A stretch of DNA of 64,000 nt from contig CM121341.1 of NCBI GenBank assembly GCA_051530055.1, forward strand, positions 9,278,784-9,342,783. The letters run 5' to 3'. This DNA is from Neoechinorhynchus agilis (Eukaryota > Animalia > Acanthocephala). The position numbers were made by a program, and so were the translations under genes. The notes under the pieces are model-generated. The model saw only the letters and a list, made by a program, of their open reading frames with translations. It had not been told where the DNA came from and did not search any database. Position 1 is the first letter of the stretch, and the number at the start of each line of letters is the position of its first letter. This document shows positions 1 to 12,058 of the stretch, in pieces.

Positions 1-2497
1 ATCTTACGACTAAACGCTTGTGAGTTTGAACAATGTGATTATTTATTTTATGGGAAAGCCAATCGATCATGGAAGCAGTTAATCGATTTAAATCAGTCCA
101 CCGGAGCGCTTTCGGTCAAAAACGTTTTGGATAGAGAATATTTGGTACATTCGCGATTATGTAATCAAGAAGATTGCATTCTACATTTTAACATTTACGA
201 TCGACAAAATCAAAGACTAGAAATTGTTGAGATGAGAGTCATGGACGTCAACGATAATACTCCAGTGTTCGAAAAAAATCAATACGAAATTCAAATCAGC
301 GAGAATGTGCCAATCGGCCACACCGTTTGGCTCCCAAAGGCTCGTGATCCGGACAGCGGCGAAAATTCTCGGTTGACATATTATTTGTTCGATTGGGACG
401 ACGAATGCATCGGTATTTGCAATACGTTCTCCTATTCGAATTTGTTTCAAATTTTGATCGGAGATGACGAATTAAAAATTCGCGGAAAATTAGACTATGA
501 AACAAGAACAAACTATAATCTCACATTAGTTGCTTCTGACAACGGAAATCCAAGAAGAAGCTCGTCAACAAAACTAATAATAAAAATTCTGGACGAAAAC
601 GACAATCGCCCAATTTGCAAACCAGCCATTCACAATATAAGCATTCCTGAGGACCTTGAAATTTACTCGACTATTGGAAGAGTATTTGCAACGGACGCTG
701 ATTCGCCGAGATTCGCTACTCTCAAATACGAAATCAGCGTGGTAGCCCCTGAGGAAGGCAATCAATTATTTTCGATTGATCCAGACAATGGAACAGTCTA
801 TCTAACAGGAAAACTTGACCATAAAAAATGCTCACATTTCAAAATCTTCGTTGCCGTATTCGACGATGAGTATAGCGCTCCAACAATATGCATTTTATTT
901 GTCGAGGTAACTGATGTTTATGATAGTCCGCCGGAGTACAGCATCAGTATCTATGAACCAGAACTTTCAATAAATGGAAGACAGACAATCAGCATCCGGG
1001 AAGATTGTCTCAAAGGACATTTAGTAGCGGTCATTGATTTAAATCGGAAAGGGAACGCTTTTCCGATAACTAATTATACCGTTTCCTGGAATTGCGATGC
1101 ATTAAAGGTGACTTATCACGACGAAGTTCGGAGGCATGTGATTACCGTCAATCGTTTGGATAGAGAAGAGAAATCTCTACATGATTGTTCACTAACAATA
1201 ACGGATCCATCGCCCTATAGATTAAGGACGATAGTTGAAATGTTCGTGGAAGTGACGGACGTTAACGACAATGCGCCAGTACCAAATTTCCCAGACAGAT
1301 TTTACATAACAGAGGATTTGAGGAAGCGTTCTCGACGGTAGCCGTATTGAATGCCACCGATGCTGAATATGAAGGACAAAACGGCGAATTGGTCTTTTCC
1401 TTGATCGTCGGAAACAGCACTGAGTTCGCCGTTGATCCAAACGGCAAACTAAAGACATTGAGGGACTTCGATAAGGAAAACGGTGATGAGTGTTTTCAAT
1501 TCGCTATTAAAATAGAAGATAAAGGTAATCCTCCTTTAAGTGTCCAAAAGCACGCAGAAGTGTGCATCTTGGACGTCAATGACAATATGCCGACGTTTAA
1601 AAGCAATATCTTTGTTTTTTCAGTAAAAGAAGACATTCAAATCGGTGAAGTAATTGGCGTTATCGAAGCTGAAGATAAAGATTCGTTCAGTAATGGACAA
1701 GTCGACATTTACGCGTGTCCTCAAAAGGACAAAACTTTCGATCATGAAACATTTCCATTTTCAATTGCATACGATGGAATTATCCGTACGAATTCCTATT
1801 TGAATTACGAAGAGCGCACTCAATACAATCTATCAGTTTGCATCAAGGACCTCGGTTTTCCACCTCGACATGGAAAACCTGCTCAAATCGTCATTAACAT
1901 AAAGAATATCAACGATCATTGTCCCCGGTTTATGTCCTTTAAACCGACTTTCTACTTCAACCGAGACTTAAAGCAGCAAACGCCTTTATATGTAACCGTA
2001 AACGATCGAGATGGAGACGACGTCCAGATAAGAGCGTCCATTGTTTCCTTTCCGCAATTTCAATTCAGTGTTACACCTTTCATGAATCTTGGAACGGGTC
2101 AACAATTTAAAATAGAAATCAAAAACCTTATCCGCCGTCTGAAATTTACACAATCTGCTTGGACGCAACTGATGGCTCCTTTGATGAAAATGGCTATGAA
2201 AATTGTATATCAAGTGCTTATGTTGTTCTTTTCGTGGGAACAAATGATACTTCGAATACAAATGTAGAGGAACACAGTGAACAATTTCTGAGGAGTTCGA
2301 TAAGCAATTCTTCGAATGAAAAAAACACTAATGAATTTCAACCAAGATTTAGATCTGCACTTATAATATTGTTGGTAGGCATTGTATCCTCGTTGGTATT
2401 CGCATCCTTGGCACTAGTCGTCTACTTTTGGTTTTCTCGACAAAGGAAGCAGAAACTATCGTCCGAATCAAACAAACATTTTCCAAAGTGTTACTAA
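1..2497 (+). CDS. Protocadherin-like cell adhesion protein, 5'-partial (about 6-7 cadherin repeats, one TM helix, short tail); two 1-bp frameshifts near 1320 and 2121-2125
   Basis: Frame 1 is open from base 1. Repeated cadherin motifs (LDRE, LDYE, DVNDNxPxF, AxDxDSG, DxGxP). ORFs 127-1341, 1347-2267 and 2159-2497 join into one protein if one base is restored at each of two sites (TEDL[E]EAFSTVAVLNATD; EIK[K]PYPPSEIYTICLDATDG). Hydrophobic TM ALIILLVGIVSSLVFASLALVVYFWF. Confidence 0.9.
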
Positions 2498-2789
2498 CAG
2501 AAAATTTGAAATGAACTAATTAACTGTTTTTTATGTGAATAAAACGAGATATAAATTTTGTATAAACGAAGTTCAAAAACTGTTCAAAATAAATACAGCG
2601 ATTTACATTGCAAAATTTTATACGTAAAAGTTGCCTAGATATCACACAAAAATTTGACAATTTTGCAACAGTAAAATTGTGAAATATAAAATTTATGCAT
2701 ATTTATCAATTAAATTGGCTTTTCTAGAATTTCTTTTTGTGATAAATTTTTGTTTAATCTAAAATAGCATTTAATATCGACCAAATCTT

Positions 2790-3235
2790 ACCAATAATCA
2801 CGCCACGGTCGAAAGGACGGATGTAGCGTTCCCCCGTAGCGCACCCAGGCTTATGTTTTGTAGGAGGAATGCTCCTGCCGAACGAAATAATGATTTCGAC
2901 CAAAATCCTTGTATTTGGAATTTTTGCGGTCCTTCGCGGCGGTTGCTGCTCCCCTTCGGTTTAACGGCGGAGAGTTTTATGTTGCAGGCTGCAAACGGCG
3001 TCCGAGCGAAGGACTTTGCCTCCTTTCGCTACGGGAATACGGTGACACCGTCCGATCTACGGCGGCTATCGAGTCGACAAAGATTGCTCGGCTCTAGGAT
3101 GTTGCGCGTATTCACAGTATTCAACGTACGACTAAGAATTGCGTTCACTTCGACGTGTCGTGAGTATTTTCAGCCTGATTGCCGACAGACAAGAGCGTCC
3201 TGATGGCTCCCCGGTCGATCCGCAACGGCTAAGCG
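2790..3235 (-). mobile_element. CRE-like non-LTR retrotransposon 3' fragment, internally deleted
   Basis: Minus strand carries a degenerate CRCG..EPSG zinc-finger region and a 3' segment (ggagcattcctcctacaaaacataag) shared with the copies at 27936-28075 and 42540-42671. Confidence 0.7.
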
Positions 3236-3965
3236 AGATATTTTGTCGCAGGAATACACCTGCTCGTGCGCCCCTAGTCGTTTCTCTCAATTTCTTCGAG
3301 AGATCCTTGAGCAGAGTGCCCAGCTGCCAAGCGCTCCAAACGTCCCTACTCCGAAAGGGACAAAATAGTGGGCCTTGCTAATTCTCTATATTTTCGTACC
3401 TTCCTCCCTCCCGCTGCACCTCCAGGGATTTCGAGAGAGTACGGAACGTTGCTTACTGCGAGGGTGTCCACAAACGTGGCGTCCCAGAGAAGGCATTTGC
3501 CCTCCCCCCACGGAAAGACCGAAATTCCGTCAGGTCGACGACCGTCTAGTCGACAAAGATTGGCGGGTTCCAATATGTTGGGGAAGTTGAAATTGCGCTG
3601 TTGATCTCAGAATGACGTGAGAACCTTCCTCCTGACTTTCGGCAAACGAGACCGTGTCGCCCGAAAGCATCAACCAAAGACTCACATCGACAGCGATGGG
3701 GCGTGCATATCGAGAGACCAAGTCTTAAGGACGCTGCGATCCTCGTTACCTCATCAGTGAGAAGAGTTCCCACAGATGCCAGAGGAACAGCCTCCAACCA
3801 CGCCCTCGATTCTCGTGTCGAAACTGCCAACAATCTAGTTCGGACGACCCCATCGCGAGAACCTAAAAGTGCAGAGCTGTGAGCTCTCGCGGACCAGATC
3901 GACTGTCTGAGCCCATCCACAGGAACATGGTTAGCGCCTGTCTGCTGGCACCTAGCGCCGAACAT
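3236..3965 (-). mobile_element. CRE-like non-LTR retrotransposon C-terminus (CCHC zinc finger + restriction-like endonuclease)
   Basis: HRCRCESLVDAFGRHGLVCRKSGGRFSRHSEIN followed by RRPDGISVFPWGEGKCLLWDATFVDTLA (PD..D nuclease), frameshifted. Confidence 0.85.
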
Positions 3966-4769
3966 GCTTTCTCTATTGAGAGAGTTAAATTTGTTCTGGA
4001 AATCACACTTAAGAATCACGCACGGCTTTGAACTCCTCGTAGTAACGTTTCGGAGCGCGTGGACAATAGCTTCCGCCCCGCAGGACGTGCAGCAGCCCAG
4101 TTGGACTGGGCGAAGTTGCTGCCCGATTTTCTCTGTGATACGTTTACAGAGAATTTTTCCTGCAACTCACCGTATCGTCGAAGATACGGCGATGGGACCA
4201 ATCACATCTTCTTTTTTGTCAGGGCACATAATGATGCTCCGAAAAATAGGTCTTTTGCAACGGGATTCAAATCCTCTCCAATCAGGCGGTCGACTAACCG
4301 AGAAAGCGCACTTTCGAGAGAGGGAGAGGTGCTGAGGTCTTAGCCCGTCAAGCCCATGACCCGAACCATTTGCATAAGATGAGATCGCCTTTTTTAACTC
4401 TGAAATTTGAGTGGGTGTCCTGTCTTGTATGGGAGGAGGTGGAATTTCAAAAGTGCCACTACTGCATGGGTGTTTTGGCCGACGTATTTGTAGTGTCGCG
4501 TCGTCTCCTTATGCAAAACTGTTGGAGGATGACAATAACCGAACAGCCCCCGAACATCTCCGTTCGCAAGCTTCGAAGAAACACGTTCAGTCAGGGATCG
4601 TTTTGAAAAACGGCAACGAAACCCTTCGTGCGTAATCCGCAATTTCCGCGCTTCAGTGTGGCTAAAGATATCTAAAAAATTTGCCAAGACATTCCGCGAT
4701 TAGAAATTTTAAATTAATGTTTGACAGAGAAGAAATTTCATTTCGAAATTGTTAAATGTCTGTTCGAAG

Positions 4770-5400
4770 GAGACCACCCTTTATTTTATTGTTGATGTCA
4801 AAGACACCCCAGAATCATCACTGGTGCAAAGGACTAAGCACGGGAATGCGAAGAGCCGTGTCCATGATGGCGTACAGTTCGTTTGAAGGCAATCGTTGAG
4901 CAATCCCGTAAATGCTTTGGCGACCAGATATCGTGCGCAATTTGGAATCCATCTCAGGACGTTCCTGGGCAGAACCAGCACGATATCAGGTATCAAAATA
5001 GAGTCAGTGGTGATCTTAGAAAGTCCCTGGCATAAACAGATCGGTTGATTGTGGTGGAGAACCAGACCTGTTACAGCGGAGATCCCGGGGACCATGGACA
5101 AACAAAACCCCCCAAATTTGTTAATTTAAAAGACTTACTGCAAACCGAACAAAACCCAGTAGAGACGCGTGGGAGCCGGGCAGCGTTGGTCTTCTCAGTT
5201 TGAGCGCGATCGATAAGTGGCGCGTTTAAGGTGTCTGCGTTGGGCGTTTCCTCGGTCTTTTCACTTGGCTCATTTTGGGCGGGCAAGTTTCCGTCTTCAT
5301 ATTGTTGTTTAGCATCCATGTTCCGAGCGAAGCGAGAAACGCGCCTTCCCCAAGCGAAACGAGGGGACGGCATCGGTGTCGTCTGTGGTTGAGGCGGCAT
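4770..5400 (-). mobile_element. Probable CRE-like element N-terminal region
   Basis: VLRWIPNCARYLVAKAFTGLLNDCLQTNCTPSWTRLFAFPCLVL resembles the pre-RT region of CRE ORFs; CSVCSKSF zinc-finger-like motif lies upstream. Confidence 0.55.
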
Positions 5401-5619
5401 CGGTCAAAATGTTTTAAATCTCGCCTTCTTTCGCTTCTCAACGAAAAGTTATCGCCCCTTCGCGATTTTACTTCCGGCCCAAATTTTCTGCAACCGATGC
5501 TCTACTTCGCATTTGTGACACGCTCCTACGTAACATCAATAATGATTCCTCCCACGTCACCCGTTTCATTTAACTGGACTTATCGAAAGCTTTCGACTCA
5601 ATGGACTATTCACTCCTTC

Positions 5620-6540
5620 TCCGGGCCTGCTCCGGTCGAGAAAGCCAATAGAAAAGATGGTGAGTCTTTCAACGAGTTTGCAGATCGATTGCGGACGCTA
5701 AGTGTGTGCTGTAGCTACGGGGAAAACTTGGACGAACGGTTAAGGGATCGTTTCGCTATTGGTTTGAACGATGCCCGAATCGAGACGGAGATAAGGTGCC
5801 GTTGGCCAGACGGGATATAGGAAAAAAAATTGTATCGATGAAACAATTCCTAGATCTATGCATCCCAATGGAACGAGCGATAGCTGAGGTAAGACAAACG
5901 AAGGACGAAGATGCAGGTACGTTGCACCGGGCAGTGGCGAGAAACTTCGAGAAGTGGAATCATGCTGATGATCGAAGAAGAAGAACCATCTGTAATCGAT
6001 GTGGAAAAGTTCATAAAAGCAACGAGTCGTGTATTTTTCGAGGAGGAAACTCTCGGACCTTTCCAAACAGCCGAGGAGGAAGATGTTTCAACTGTGGTAG
6101 ATTTGGCCATTTTGCACGGAATTGTTTCCGATCGCAGGTCAAGCAGGTAAAACAGATTGGAGAGGAGGAAGAAGTGATTGGAAGCATCAACGCTGCTCGA
6201 TAAAACCAAAAGTGGACGCTAATTCTTAAAGTCAATGGAAGATCAGTGGAGATGGAATATGACACCGGTGCCGGTGTCTCGATGCGGATTTGGACACAAT
6301 TAGGATCTAAACCGCTTAGAGAAGGTCTTCGCCTAAAAGCATATGGTGGACAGGCACTCGACACTGTGGGAACTGCTCAAGTGGAGGTGGAATTCGAGGG
6401 ACGTCGAGCCATGGTCGAAGTTGCCGTGGTGCGAATCATGGATAGAGCATTGTGTGGACTAAATTGGATATGTGCTGTTGGTATAGTTCCGGTGCAGTTA
6501 GATGCGATCTGGAGAGGAAACCAAGGGATTGGGATTTAGT
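5620..6540 (+). mobile_element. Ty3/gypsy LTR retrotransposon gag-protease remnant
   Basis: GESFNEFADRLRTLSVCCSYGENLDERLRDRFAIG (gag), zinc knuckle CFNCGRFGHFARNC, protease EYDTGAGVS; frameshifts and stops. Confidence 0.85.
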
Positions 6541-6810
6541 AACATTTATAGGAAATGGAATTATTCGAAACCAAACACGGCTAAATGCGCTTGTTCTTTG
6601 TTTTGATAATTGCGCAGAGACACAAAAGTGTGCGCAACAACGACTAAATCTCAAACAATTATTGAAAAGGATTGTAATGGAGGTTCTTAGACAATGAATG
6701 ATTGTAACCAGTATGAGTTAATAAATAAATAATTGGCCCTGAACTTCGGGTTTTGCGATCCCGCGCACCCGAGCTTAAAACCTGAATGTGAAAATCACAT
6801 TTTTAGATGA

Positions 6811-6841
6811 CTGATGAGGCGAGGTTACCTCGCGAAATATC
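6811..6841 (+). ncRNA. Minimal (Penelope-type) hammerhead ribozyme in a solo pLTR
   Basis: CUGAUGA-G-GCGAGG(UUA)CCUCGC-GAAA-UAU-C: perfect 6-bp stem II, palindromic AUAU helix III, AUC cleavage triplet. Flanks match the Penelope terminus at about 13355-13475. Confidence 0.8.
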
Positions 6842-8053
6842 TCCAATAAATAAAATACGTAATGACCGGGAGTAACGTTTTCAATAATGTGGCGGTAAAT
6901 ATCCTTAACGCTTAGTCGGCCACTACTACTTTCGTTAATGGCCGCGGCGATTATTGGCGCATAAGGCGGGCGCCCAAAGTTCATTTGATTGCCTTCGCTC
7001 TTCGGGGTGATTATTCAATGATCGAATCCTATTGATCACTTGCATAAGTAAGAAAAATCGTTTCACTTTATCCGCTAATTGCAAAGTACAAACTCATTTC
7101 ACCATTTTTCGGTTTGTTGACTAGCAAAACTTTTGCGTCTTTTAAAAACTTACAAACGTTCAGTGTTTTTGTTTTTGTTAATTAATGTACATTGTTGACG
7201 GTGGCCGTTCGGATTATCGGCAAAATAGCTTTTTTGCAGGAAACAATAAAAACAAAGTCGCGTACAACTAAATTGTTGATTTCCACGCTTCATTCTCAAC
7301 TTTTTGGTTTAACACGAAATTATCACAAATCCACTTTCGCCACTTAATAAATAATCATCAGGATGGAACACAAATTAAAATTGTAGTTGATTCCTCGCAA
7401 CCTTTCTTTTATTGATTTTATGTTTTTGTATTTTGGTGTTTGTGTTGCATTTTCGGTCAAATTTGTGACTAGGAATTTTCTTTATCTGCTTCTAATTGGT
7501 AGTCGTTTCAAAAAAGATTGCCTTTTAACCTGCTACTGTAATTGAAACTTTTGTAATTGTAATTTTCAACTCACTATTAAATTTCTTGGACTGCAAAACA
7601 TGGTTTAACTCTTAATAGATTAACTTTTTCCGTATTATGGGCAAGAATGTTAAAAAAAAGTAACTCATGTTCTCTCATTGGAATAAAAATGACTGGCATC
7701 CTTTTCGGTTTTAAGATTATTTGTGCTCGACTTGCACAAAATTAGTCAGATCTCACAGATTTTACGAATCAACAGGTCAATTTATTCATCACAGAAATCG
7801 AGTTAAATGACGGTTTTAAACGGCACATTCAATTCCATTATAATTGTCTAAAGATTTCAATGTATTTTTACGAGGAATCGACATGCTGTCGACATATTTT
7901 CTTTTCGTAAATTAATCAGCTTAAGCATATAACGAGATTAACTTTCCCATAACATCGATTAACCTTTGTTTAGAGATTTTTTATTTACACAAAACAACAA
8001 TGCGACAGGTAATCAGTTTAGTCTTTGTGAACATAAATTCAGTGAGTCGGTTT

Positions 8054-9166
8054 CTAACCATAACAAAAAAAAGATAAAATTTTGAATAACAACTTAGTCC
8101 GTCCACGTGAGATTCTACCGATTGTGTTCTTCTTTTCGGTTTGTTCGTTGTTGCAAGATTCGTCGGATATGCCTATGTTCAAATTGATGTGTTTGCAATC
8201 ATCCATTGTTGTTCGATTATCAAGATCAAGCTCCAGTCTTGTCGAAAGATTGAAACATATTGAACGTTGGAACAAAAGGACGTAAGCATGAAGAAGTGAA
8301 CGACGAATAGACTTCGTCCTCGTACCCAATTGAATCTTTTCGTCATCTGCAATTAGCCATCGGTAGAGTTCTTGCCTTACAATTGCTGTATAATGGCCAT
8401 ACTCCGTACTGTCCGAATGATGGCAAACTGCGGAGCTGAGATCGTAACGATAGCAAAATTCTCGGCACAAACCAGGTAAATAAAAACTCGTTGGAATTGT
8501 AATGTTGTGACCATTCTTTGGATTGCCAATCGTATTAAATATCGTAACGATCAAGCAATCTGGACTTTCTGTGGTTACCCGAGTCTCCTTAGTTCGTCCT
8601 CCGCATTCCTCGCATGGAATTACACAATCGTTTGGAGTTCCAATGTAGCTGCGAAGAAGCTCACACAGATTCTGTTTCCCATTATTTGCGAAAATTGGTA
8701 TCATTTCGGATTCTTCAAAACGATAACTCACAGCACCGCATTCTTAACATTTGTAGCTCAATGAAAAGTGACATTTGTACGATCCGATCGCAGTCGAACA
8801 GATATCAGCAAACTCAACAGGATGATTTTTAGCAAAGTCATCGATAGTTTGATTTAATGCAATCATCATGAACTCATTCGCATCGGACTGTCTATTGAAG
8901 TTTATTCCGTTGACGAAAGTAAGTCGTTGAATCAGTCGCTTAGCGGCATCGAATGGACCGAGTTTGACGTTTTTCATTCGCCGTAAAATTCTCTTTAATT
9001 CACATTTTAAACAAAAGACATTATCATTAATGTTATAAGTGCACTCCGTCTCGGTTTCGGCGCTGATAAATTGGTGAAATGGACGGTTGTAGAAGATTGC
9101 TTGAAGAACGGAATTTACAAAGCATTTGAACGATCCGTTTTTAAGTCCAACTGCTTGATTGCTCAT
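8054..9166 (-). pseudogene. Intronless ubiquitin-specific protease (C19/USP family) with a single in-frame TAA at 8744-8746
   Basis: Cys box GLKNGSFKCFVNSVLQ, Q-box RQSDANEF, His box GHYTA, WLIADDEKI, AYVLLFQR. The two ORFs are in the same frame (YKC*ECGAVSYRF). Confidence 0.85.
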
Positions 9167-9439
9167 TGTCTAAATTAAAATTGTAAATAGAATTTCTATT
9201 GAGTTATTAGGTCAAATTTGAGTGAATACAGCGGGAGAAATTTCGATCACTGCCGGTCCCTGTAAAAATGTTTGGACGGATTTCTGTTAATAGATTCACA
9301 GTTCAGTTTTTCGCTGGAATATAACGTGATTTGCGCTTATTTTGCGTTCGTTTCGTTGGCCACCTTTAATGTTTTTGGAAAATGAGCGTAATACAAAATT
9401 TGCTGTTTACGTAAATAATACTAATTCTAGAAAATATTT

Positions 9440-10895
9440 TCTATGAAAACAATTTATTCTATGAATGAACATAGTTTCGTTTTCTTCAAATGTTATGTTT
9501 GTTCGGCAGCTTCCTTGATGGCCGCGGCATTGCCGCGTTGGATCACCGCGCTGATTCGCTGCAACAGGAAGCTGCTGGATCGCATATCGCCGGTGGCATG
9601 TTTTAGCATCCCTCCCAGCCGTGAGAGGAAATAATCGGCTTCCGCAATCGGGATGAAAATATATTGATGCCCATCGAGCGAGGAGTACTTCTGCCGCTTC
9701 TTTTCCTCGCTGAAGCTGGCGACTGCTCCCGCCTTTGAGGTACCATCCCGTAACTGGGATGCTGCGAGCGTGTTGGGGCAAGTAAAATCCCAAACCAGTA
9801 TTTTCCCGGAGCACCATGGGAGGAGAGTCGCTCCATCAGGGCGTTTACCGTCGTTCCGGGATCAAAAACATCTCCGAAATGGGTGCCGATATCGGACTAT
9901 TCCTGAGAACGGACAAATTCGAAATCATTTCGGACGACCAAGAGGATGCATCGAGAATGCTCACCGTACTGCCCGGAGCAAAGACAACTGCAACCGACTC
10001 AGCTGACATTCTCGGGTCTCCAATCGGTAACCTGTCTAACCTGGAAACGTTCCTTTCAAAAGTCATCGATCAATTGCGGCTCACTGCCTCCAGGCTCTTG
10101 CACATCGCGCGACACGACGCTCTGTTCATATTATCACGATGTCTGTCGCTTCCGAAGATTGCGTACCTTCTGAGGACTTCTCCATGCTTCAAGTCAGTGC
10201 CCACCAAGGATTTCGACAACTGCGTTCGATCAACCCTGTCAGAAGTACTTAACCTACGACTGTCCGACACAGCATGGAAACAGGCGATCCTTCCCATTAG
10301 ATTCGGCAGTCTACCGAAGTAGCAATTCCTGCCTTTTCGTCATCGATTTCGATCTCTTCAGACCTGGTGCTGAGAATCATCCCACCACACATTCGACACG
10401 AGTCGCATCCACCACCTGAACTGATTGAAGCGCACGCTCAATGGACATCAGTGTTCGGGCAGGTCGTTCCAACGGAAACAAACTCCCAAAAACGTTGGAC
10501 TGCCTTGCTCCACACTGCGTATTATCAGCAGCTTCTTAACTCATGCTCATCTCCCAACGATAGAGCTCGTCTCCTGGCAGTCTCAGCTCCACACTCCAGC
10601 GACTTCTTGAAGGCTTTCCCGATCACGGCTGTTGGCACGAGGCTGGATGATCAGGCCATCACCGTCGCTGTGGGACTTCGGTTGGGCATCGAATTCTCAG
10701 GCTCATATACGTGTCGGTGCGGTGAGACAGTGAATAGGTCGGGAACTCACGGCCTTGACAGCAAGCGTTCAACTGCTCGCCACGCACGGCACTCAGCAGT
10801 CAACCGCATAATCAGGGAGGCACTCTCAACGGCCGGTTTTCCAGCTCGACTCGGACCAGTTGGACTCTCCCGGAACGACGGTAAACGCCCTATGA
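9440..10895 (+). mobile_element. CRE-like non-LTR retrotransposon RT/C-terminal region, degenerate
   Basis: ILGSPIG, HDALFILSRCLSLPKIAYLLRTSPC, AWKQAILPIRFG, RARLLAVSAPHSSDFL, CRCGETVNRSGTHGL, RHARHSAVN, RNDGKRP. Confidence 0.85.
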
Positions 10896-11446
10896 AAATG
10901 GTAGCAAATTTTTCGGAGTTTATCTGCGGTTATTTAATTTTTTATACTCGAACAATAGAATATTGAATGCTCGTGCGATATTGCTGAAATCAAAAACGCG
11001 ATTACCATTAAACGTCAAATAACATCAAATATTGAGCTTCTTCGCAAAGTATTTACTTCAGAATTTCCTTGATTTCGTGCCATGAAGGTTTTCGTTTTAA
11101 ACCAAAAAAATCTCCAACTGAACAATCTTTTCCGTTTGTCAACATCGTGAACAATTTATTTATTATTTCGTTTTCACGACCAGAGTCAATTGAGGGATTC
11201 CACAAAGATTAATTGGCCACAAATAATGCTTAAGGGTAAATAAATTACTTTATAAAATTTTTCGGCTCCTTCAGTTTTCGGTTTCAAATGACTATGCAAA
11301 GATATAGTTACTGACCGCCATACAAACGTTCAACGATATGAAATCCAAGGTTCAATAAATGCATCACAGGAAGATAGGTATTTTTTTGTTTTTTTATGTA
11401 AACAAAGGTCTGTTTTTAAGTTTTTTTTACTGGCAAGCCGGTATGT

Positions 11447-12058
11447 TATCATCTTTAAAAAATTTTAGTTTATCCTTTTGTCCGGCTTATTTTTTAGGCA
11501 TAAAGCCAAACCAATTACATCAGAGAAGTGATACAACCACATAGTTTCTGATGCACGGTTCAGAGTTTGTACATTCCTCCGGATCCTCAGATACCTCCAG
11601 GAGGCGGGATAAACTAAAATTTAAAAATGATAACAATACCGGCTTGCCAGTAAAAACTTAAAAATGAAATATGTCATAATATCGATTTGTGAGTAATCCG
11701 CCCATAAATCACTAATGATAAAGCCGTTACGAATGCGCTGAACCATCCGGTAAGAGTTTGTACATTCCTCCGGATCCTCAGATACCTCCAGGAGGCGGGA
11801 CTCATCAGTGAGTTTCCTCCCTTCGGCGGTATTTCGTCCCATTTGGCCGTGCGTCATTGGTGGTAACGGATTCGAACCACTTGACCCCTAATCGGGATCA
11901 CGGGCATTAGTCCACTTGACCACCTCGACACAACTACGAAATGTCAAACTCAGTCAGTTTATCGGCTCAGAGTGAGCGCTATGTTCTATTTTTAAGTTTA
12001 GCTTTATGCCTAAAAATAAGCCGGACAAAGGGATAAACTAAAGTTTAAAGATGATAAA
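11447..12058. repeat. Inverted repeat pair (~65 bp arms, MITE-like) enclosing a SINE
   Basis: ttatcatctttaaa..tagtttatcc..ttgtccggcttattttt.aggcataaagc at about 11447-11508 is the reverse complement of about 12000-12058. A further partial inverted copy lies at about 11588-11655. Confidence 0.65.
11755..11929 (-). mobile_element. tRNA-derived SINE (Pol III A/B boxes) with hammerhead-like core in the body
   Basis: Head GTCGAGGTGGTCAAGTGGACTAATGCCC...GGTTCGAATCC has A box TGGTCAAGTGG and B box GGTTCGAATCC. Homologous copies at about 30981-31140 (+) and 39088-39245 (-). Confidence 0.75.

Noticed and set aside
7331-7361. Additional hammerhead (CUGAUGA...GCGAAAG on the minus strand)
   Set aside because: Stem II relies on three G-U pairs, and there is no palindrome or NUH after GAAA.
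8744-8746. Stop-codon reassignment (TAA read as sense)
   Set aside because: Other genes end normally in TAA/TGA, and intact genes show no internal TAA; a single case does not indicate a variant code.
11858-11929. Functional tRNA gene
   Set aside because: A and B boxes are present, but the ends do not form an acceptor stem and the sequence continues into a repeated body, so it is a SINE head.
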